Source: a bacterium | GTDB taxonomy: Bacteria > Patescibacteriota > Minisyncoccia > Minisyncoccales > CG1-02-41-26 | DNA length: 64,000 nt | Reading direction: 5' to 3' | Assembly: GCA_021162885.1 (NCBI GenBank) | Contig: JAGGXV010000024.1 | Span: 1,024 to 65,023 of the forward strand | Notes under the pieces: generated by a model | The model's input: only the letters and a program-made list of their open reading frames with translations | Databases searched by the model: none | What the model was told of the DNA's origin: nothing | Program-made: the position numbers and the translations under genes | Shown here: positions 59,992 to 64,000 of the stretch, piece after piece | Numbering within the stretch: the stretch's first letter is position 1 | Layout: the number at the start of each line of letters is the position of its first letter

Positions 59992-60939
59992 ATGGCAAAA
60001 ATTTTAGTAACAGGTGGTTGCGGCTTCATAGGAAGCCATCTTGTTGACAAGTTAATAGGTAAGGGCCACCAAGTGGTGGTCGTTGATAATTTATCTACTG
60101 GGAAAAAAGAGAATCTCAATCCCAAAGCCAAATTTTACCGGATTGACATTCAAGACCCAAAAATTTCTCAAATTTTTAAAAAAGAAAAGCCAGAAACAAT
60201 TTTTCATTTTGCCGCTCAAATTGATGTCAGAAAATCAGTTGAAAACCCAATTGGAAGCGCTAGAGTCGATATTTTAGGTTCTTTGAATCTTTTAGAAAAT
60301 TCAAAAAAACAGGGGGTAAAAAAAATTATCTTTGCTTCTTCAGGAGGAGCAATCTATGGCGAGACAGACATAATTCCAACTCCAGAGAATCATCCCGAAA
60401 AACCTCAATCTCCCTATGGCGTAGAAAAACTCGCTATTGAAAAATACCTCAATTTTTATAAAAAAATCCATGGTTTGGATTATGTTACTTTGCGCTTCGC
60501 AAATATTTACGGTCCCCGCCAGAATTCAAAAGGGGAAGGGGGGGTGGTTGCAATTTTTACTGACAAACTTTTACATAACCAAACCCCAACAATCTACGGC
60601 TCTGGCAACCAAACCAGAGACTTTTTATTTGTTGAAGATACGGTAGATGCGGCTTTGAAATCTTTAGCTTACGGAGGTCTCTCTTCTGTAAACTCTCTTC
60701 CAATTTACAATGTTGGCACAGGAATTGAAACTTCCGTTAACGAGCTTTACAAATTATTGACTGAAGAAACCGGCAAAGACATCAAACCAAAATACGCCCC
60801 AGCCAAAAAAGGCGAACAACTGAGAAGCTGTTTAGACTCTTCCAAAATAAAAAAATCCCTCAACTGGCAGCCGAAATATAGTTTAGTAGAAGGGTTAAGA
60901 GAAACGATAAGTTGGTTTAGAAAAAATCAAAATTCGTAA
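59992..60939 (+). CDS. NAD-dependent sugar epimerase (GalE-like)
   Basis: ILVTGGCGFIGSHL Rossmann motif and a YxxxK catalytic pair (SPYGVEKLAIEKY). Confidence 0.85.
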   Translation: MAKILVTGGCGFIGSHLVDKLIGKGHQVVVVDNLSTGKKENLNPKAKFYRIDIQDPKISQIFKKEKPETIFHFAAQIDVRKSVENPIGSARVDILGSLNLLENSKKQGVKKIIFASSGGAIYGETDIIPTPENHPEKPQSPYGVEKLAIEKYLNFYKKIHGLDYVTLRFANIYGPRQNSKGEGGVVAIFTDKLLHNQTPTIYGSGNQTRDFLFVEDTVDAALKSLAYGGLSSVNSLPIYNVGTGIETSVNELYKLLTEETGKDIKPKYAPAKKGEQLRSCLDSSKIKKSLNWQPKYSLVEGLRETISWFRKNQNS

Positions 60940-60973
60940 ATTCATATTAATTCGTAAATTTGTTGGTTTAACT

Positions 60974-62449
60974 ATGAAAGTTAGAGATATTGTTAGAAAT
61001 ATCTTTCTGAATCCAAAATCTTTTTTTCTCGAAAATTTAGGAGTTAAACAAACTATTGCCAAAAATACCTTTTGGTTAGCGGTGGCTGAGGTGATAAATA
61101 AGATTTTAAGATTTATTTTTATTATATACGTAGTTCGGATCTTGGGTGCCACTGAGTATGGGAAATTTACATTTGGCTTGGCTTTTGTGGGGTTATTTGG
61201 AATTTTTTCTGATTTAGGAGTTTCCCAGATTGTTACCCGAGAAATTGCTAAAGATAGCTCAAAAGAAAAAGAATTACCAGCAATTTTCTCGCTGAAATTG
61301 TTATTAACTCTTATAACTCTTTTTTTGATTTTAATTGGTTCTTTTTTTATTACTCAAACTCCCCAGATCCAAAAAATTATTTTAATTTTAGCTTTCCTTA
61401 CAGCTGTCCAAGGATTCTCATCAATCATCTTCGCCTTTTTTAACGCTAAACAGAGAATGGAATATCAGTCTTTCGCAAAGATTTTTGAGGTGATTTTATT
61501 AGTTATTTTAGGATTTTTTGTTATTTTCCATTTTCCTTCTGCTGAGAATCTAAGCTATGTTTATTTAACTTCGGCGTTTTTAACTTTAGTTTTTGTTTCT
61601 CTCTTTTTTCACTTCAAGATTTTACCAATTAGATTTTCTTTTAATTTTTCAATTTGGAAAACATATCTTTTGTTATCTTGGCCTCTGGCTTTAAGTGGAG
61701 TGATAGGTTCGATTTTGGGCAATACCGATTCAACAATGATGGGGTATTTTGGTCAGATTACCCAGACTGGCTGGTACAATGCTGCTCAAAGGATTGTAGC
61801 AACTTCTGTTATTCCGGCTAATTTGATTGCTGTTAGCTTTTTCCCGGCCCTGAGTAAATTTTTTAGTGAGGCAAAAGAAAAACTTCAAACTACGTGGAAT
61901 TATTACGCCCAAACTGTAATTCTTTTCATTTTACCTTTAATAGTTGGAGGTATAGTTTTGGCTCCGAAAATTATTAATTTTGTTTATGGAGCAAATTTTC
62001 AACCAGCAATTTTAGCCTTTCGAATTCTAATAATATGTGGGGGGGTAGCAATTTTAAGTGGCCCTTTAAACCAAGTTTTACTTGTTAGTAATCAACAAAA
62101 AAAAGTTTTTTTTATTGGCGTTTTTGGGGCCTTGGTTAATGTTTCCTTGAATTTTATTTTGATTCCTAAGTACTCTCTTTACGGGGCGGCTTTGACTAGT
62201 TTAGTAGCTGGATTTTTGATACTTTTTTTATTGTTTAAACTTACTTCGAAACTTACTCCGGTAGAACCGATTAATTCAAAATTGATTTCCAGTTTTCTTA
62301 TTACCGGTATTTCTGTGATTCCAATGTATTTCGCAATTTCCCAACCGAGAGTTTATAATCTCAATGTCATTTTCTCAATTTTAATTGGTGCGGCGATTTA
62401 TTCTGTCACTTTTCTTATATTAAAAACTGTGTTAAAGTATTCCATATGA
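60974..62449 (+). CDS. polysaccharide flippase (MOP/Wzx family)
   Basis: 491 aa with about 12-14 TM helices. N-terminal pattern is typical of polysaccharide biosynthesis/flippase proteins. Confidence 0.75.
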   Translation: MKVRDIVRNIFLNPKSFFLENLGVKQTIAKNTFWLAVAEVINKILRFIFIIYVVRILGATEYGKFTFGLAFVGLFGIFSDLGVSQIVTREIAKDSSKEKELPAIFSLKLLLTLITLFLILIGSFFITQTPQIQKIILILAFLTAVQGFSSIIFAFFNAKQRMEYQSFAKIFEVILLVILGFFVIFHFPSAENLSYVYLTSAFLTLVFVSLFFHFKILPIRFSFNFSIWKTYLLLSWPLALSGVIGSILGNTDSTMMGYFGQITQTGWYNAAQRIVATSVIPANLIAVSFFPALSKFFSEAKEKLQTTWNYYAQTVILFILPLIVGGIVLAPKIINFVYGANFQPAILAFRILIICGGVAILSGPLNQVLLVSNQQKKVFFIGVFGALVNVSLNFILIPKYSLYGAALTSLVAGFLILFLLFKLTSKLTPVEPINSKLISSFLITGISVIPMYFAISQPRVYNLNVIFSILIGAAIYSVTFLILKTVLKYSI

Positions 62450-62524
62450 AAAAAGCCCTTATTACATTGGGAAAGATCTCAAAAAAACTATAGAATGGTA
62501 TTTAAGTAATCAAACTAACTAAAT

Positions 62525-63310
62525 ATGGAAATAAAAAATATTCCTACAGTTATATTATGCGGAGGTAAAGGAATGCGTTTGCTTGAGGAAACTGAATTTA
62601 AGCCAAAACCAATGGTAGAAATAGGCGGAAAACCAATTTTGTGGCATATTATGAAAATATACGCTCATTATGGACATCGTGATTTTATTCTAACTCTCGG
62701 GTATAAAGGTGAGTATATCAAAGATTATTTCTTAAAACAGAAATATTACGAGGCAGATTTTCTTTTGAACACTTCAGAAAAAAATGTAAACTTTTTAACA
62801 AACGGCGCTTTAGAAAAAGAAAATTTTAACATTATTTTTGCTGACACCGGATTAGAAACCCCTCATGGGGAGCGGTTATTGAAAGTTAAAAATTACATAA
62901 AAACTGATTTATTTATGGTTACTTATGGCGATGGTGTTGCCGATATTGACATATCAAAACTAGTTGATTTCCATAAATCCCATGGAAAAATAGGAACAGT
63001 TACCGGTGTTCGTCCAATATCAAGATGGGGATTTATCAATACCGATGAGCAAAACCGCATTACTCAATTCAGTCAAAAACCAAGACTTTATGATTATGTT
63101 AACGGTGGCTTTATGGTTTTTAAAAAAGAATTTTTAAATTATCTAAAGCCGGGAGATATGATAGAGGATGGCTTAGCAAGATTAATTCCTGAAAGACAAT
63201 TAACTTTATACAAACATGAAGGTTTTTGGTACGGTATGGACACTTATAGGGACTTTTTGTTTTTAAACCGACTTTGGGAAAAAGACCCCAAGTGGAAAAT
63301 ATGGGAATAA
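62525..63310 (+). CDS. rfbF: glucose-1-phosphate cytidylyltransferase
   Basis: VILCGGKGMRL...KPKPMVEIGGKPILWHIMKIYAHYG matches RfbF closely. Confidence 0.9.
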   Translation: MEIKNIPTVILCGGKGMRLLEETEFKPKPMVEIGGKPILWHIMKIYAHYGHRDFILTLGYKGEYIKDYFLKQKYYEADFLLNTSEKNVNFLTNGALEKENFNIIFADTGLETPHGERLLKVKNYIKTDLFMVTYGDGVADIDISKLVDFHKSHGKIGTVTGVRPISRWGFINTDEQNRITQFSQKPRLYDYVNGGFMVFKKEFLNYLKPGDMIEDGLARLIPERQLTLYKHEGFWYGMDTYRDFLFLNRLWEKDPKWKIWE

Positions 63311-64000
63311 TGAAAAACCAACATCAAACATCCAACATCAAGTATCAAACAGTTCTTGTAACCGGGGGTGCTGGATTTATTGGAAGCCACCTTACCGACA
63401 AATTAGTGGAACAAGGCTATGATGTTGCAGTGATTGACAATTTATCTTCTGGTGAAGAAGAAAACTTAAACCCCAAAGCCAAATTTTACAAGATTGATGT
63501 TCGGGATAAAAAAATCCTTCAAATTTTAAAAAAAGAAAAAATAGAATCCGTTTTTCATTTAGCAGCAAGACCACTTGTTGAAAAAGTTTACAACAATCCT
63601 TTCGAGGCGTTTGAAATCAATATAATGGGAACAGTCAATATCCTTGAGTCCTGCCGGCTAAAAGGAGATTTAAAGTCAATTGTTGTTGTTTCTTCCGATA
63701 AAGCCTACGGTAAAAATAAAAATCTGCCTTACAAAGAAACAACTCCTTTAGGCGGCGATCATCCTTATGAAGTCTCAAAAGCAGCTGCTGATTTAATAGC
63801 TCAATCTTATTTTAAAACCTATAACTTACCAGTTGCTGTCGCTAGATTTAGCAATACTTTTGGACCTCGCGACTATAATTTCGGCCGAATTATTCCAGGG
63901 ATTTTTGAAGCGATTATAAAAAACAAAGAGCTTTTAATCAGAAGCGATGGGAAAATGATTAGAGAATATACTTTTGTGGAAGATATTGTTGATGGCTGTA
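63310..64000 (+). CDS. NAD-dependent epimerase/dehydratase family protein (partial, runs off the window)
   Basis: The ATG overlaps the rfbF stop (TAATG). VLVTGGAGFIGSHL and YxxxK (HPYEVSKAAADL). Paralogous to the 59992 gene. Not in the ORF track because no stop lies within the window. Confidence 0.8.
   Translation, partial: MKNQHQTSNIKYQTVLVTGGAGFIGSHLTDKLVEQGYDVAVIDNLSSGEEENLNPKAKFYKIDVRDKKILQILKKEKIESVFHLAARPLVEKVYNNPFEAFEINIMGTVNILESCRLKGDLKSIVVVSSDKAYGKNKNLPYKETTPLGGDHPYEVSKAAADLIAQSYFKTYNLPVAVARFSNTFGPRDYNFGRIIPGIFEAIIKNKELLIRSDGKMIREYTFVEDIVDGC
63320..63350 (+). repeat. (AACATCN)n heptamer array at the 5' end of the last gene
   Basis: AACATCA AACATCC AACATCA AGTATCA AAC. Encodes NQHQTSNIKYQ ahead of the Rossmann fold. 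Confidence 0.85.

Overview
AT-rich, gene-dense bacterial chromosome segment using the standard code (TGA is used as a stop, e.g. 4913-4915). The gene content suggests a Candidate Phyla Radiation / Patescibacteria (Parcubacteria-like) genome. This is inferred from compact housekeeping genes, a Gram-positive-type envelope, ComEC/DprA, PaaX-like and four-helix-bundle regulators, and giant LTD-domain surface proteins. Positions 0-39 kb are mostly core genes: M16 peptidase, AI-2E permease, rsmI, metG, tatD, leuS, iorAB, purN-like, PAP2, speH, tRNA-Leu(CAA), relA/spoT, topA, dprA, mfd, pth, lepB, hisS, HIT, rpsU, ybeY, ftsA, ftsZ, comEC, GT2, htrA and clpB. Two accessory regions stand out. (i) 23.75-26.0 kb is a 2.2 kb opposite-strand insertion splitting the pth-mfd pair. 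It holds small unknown genes arranged as two modules that share near-identical ribosome-binding/start junctions and terminator hairpins. (ii) 39.1-59.3 kb is a roughly 20 kb cell-surface island. It encodes a PaaX-like regulator, a 219-aa/1646-aa operon, a wHTH protein, an ECF sigma/anti-sigma pair, and three secreted proteins (1151, 1847 and 566 aa). Those three share a coiled-coil plus peptidoglycan-binding anchor module. The island has dense operator-like repeat arrays and is followed by a surface-polysaccharide cluster. A window-wide signal is visible only at the DNA level. Dozens of short tandem arrays with a 7-nt unit sit in-frame inside essential genes. The same words form inverted-pair hairpins between genes, and there are in-frame palindromic insertions in rsmI and mfd. 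No rRNA, CRISPR array, transposase, integrase or reverse transcriptase was seen.
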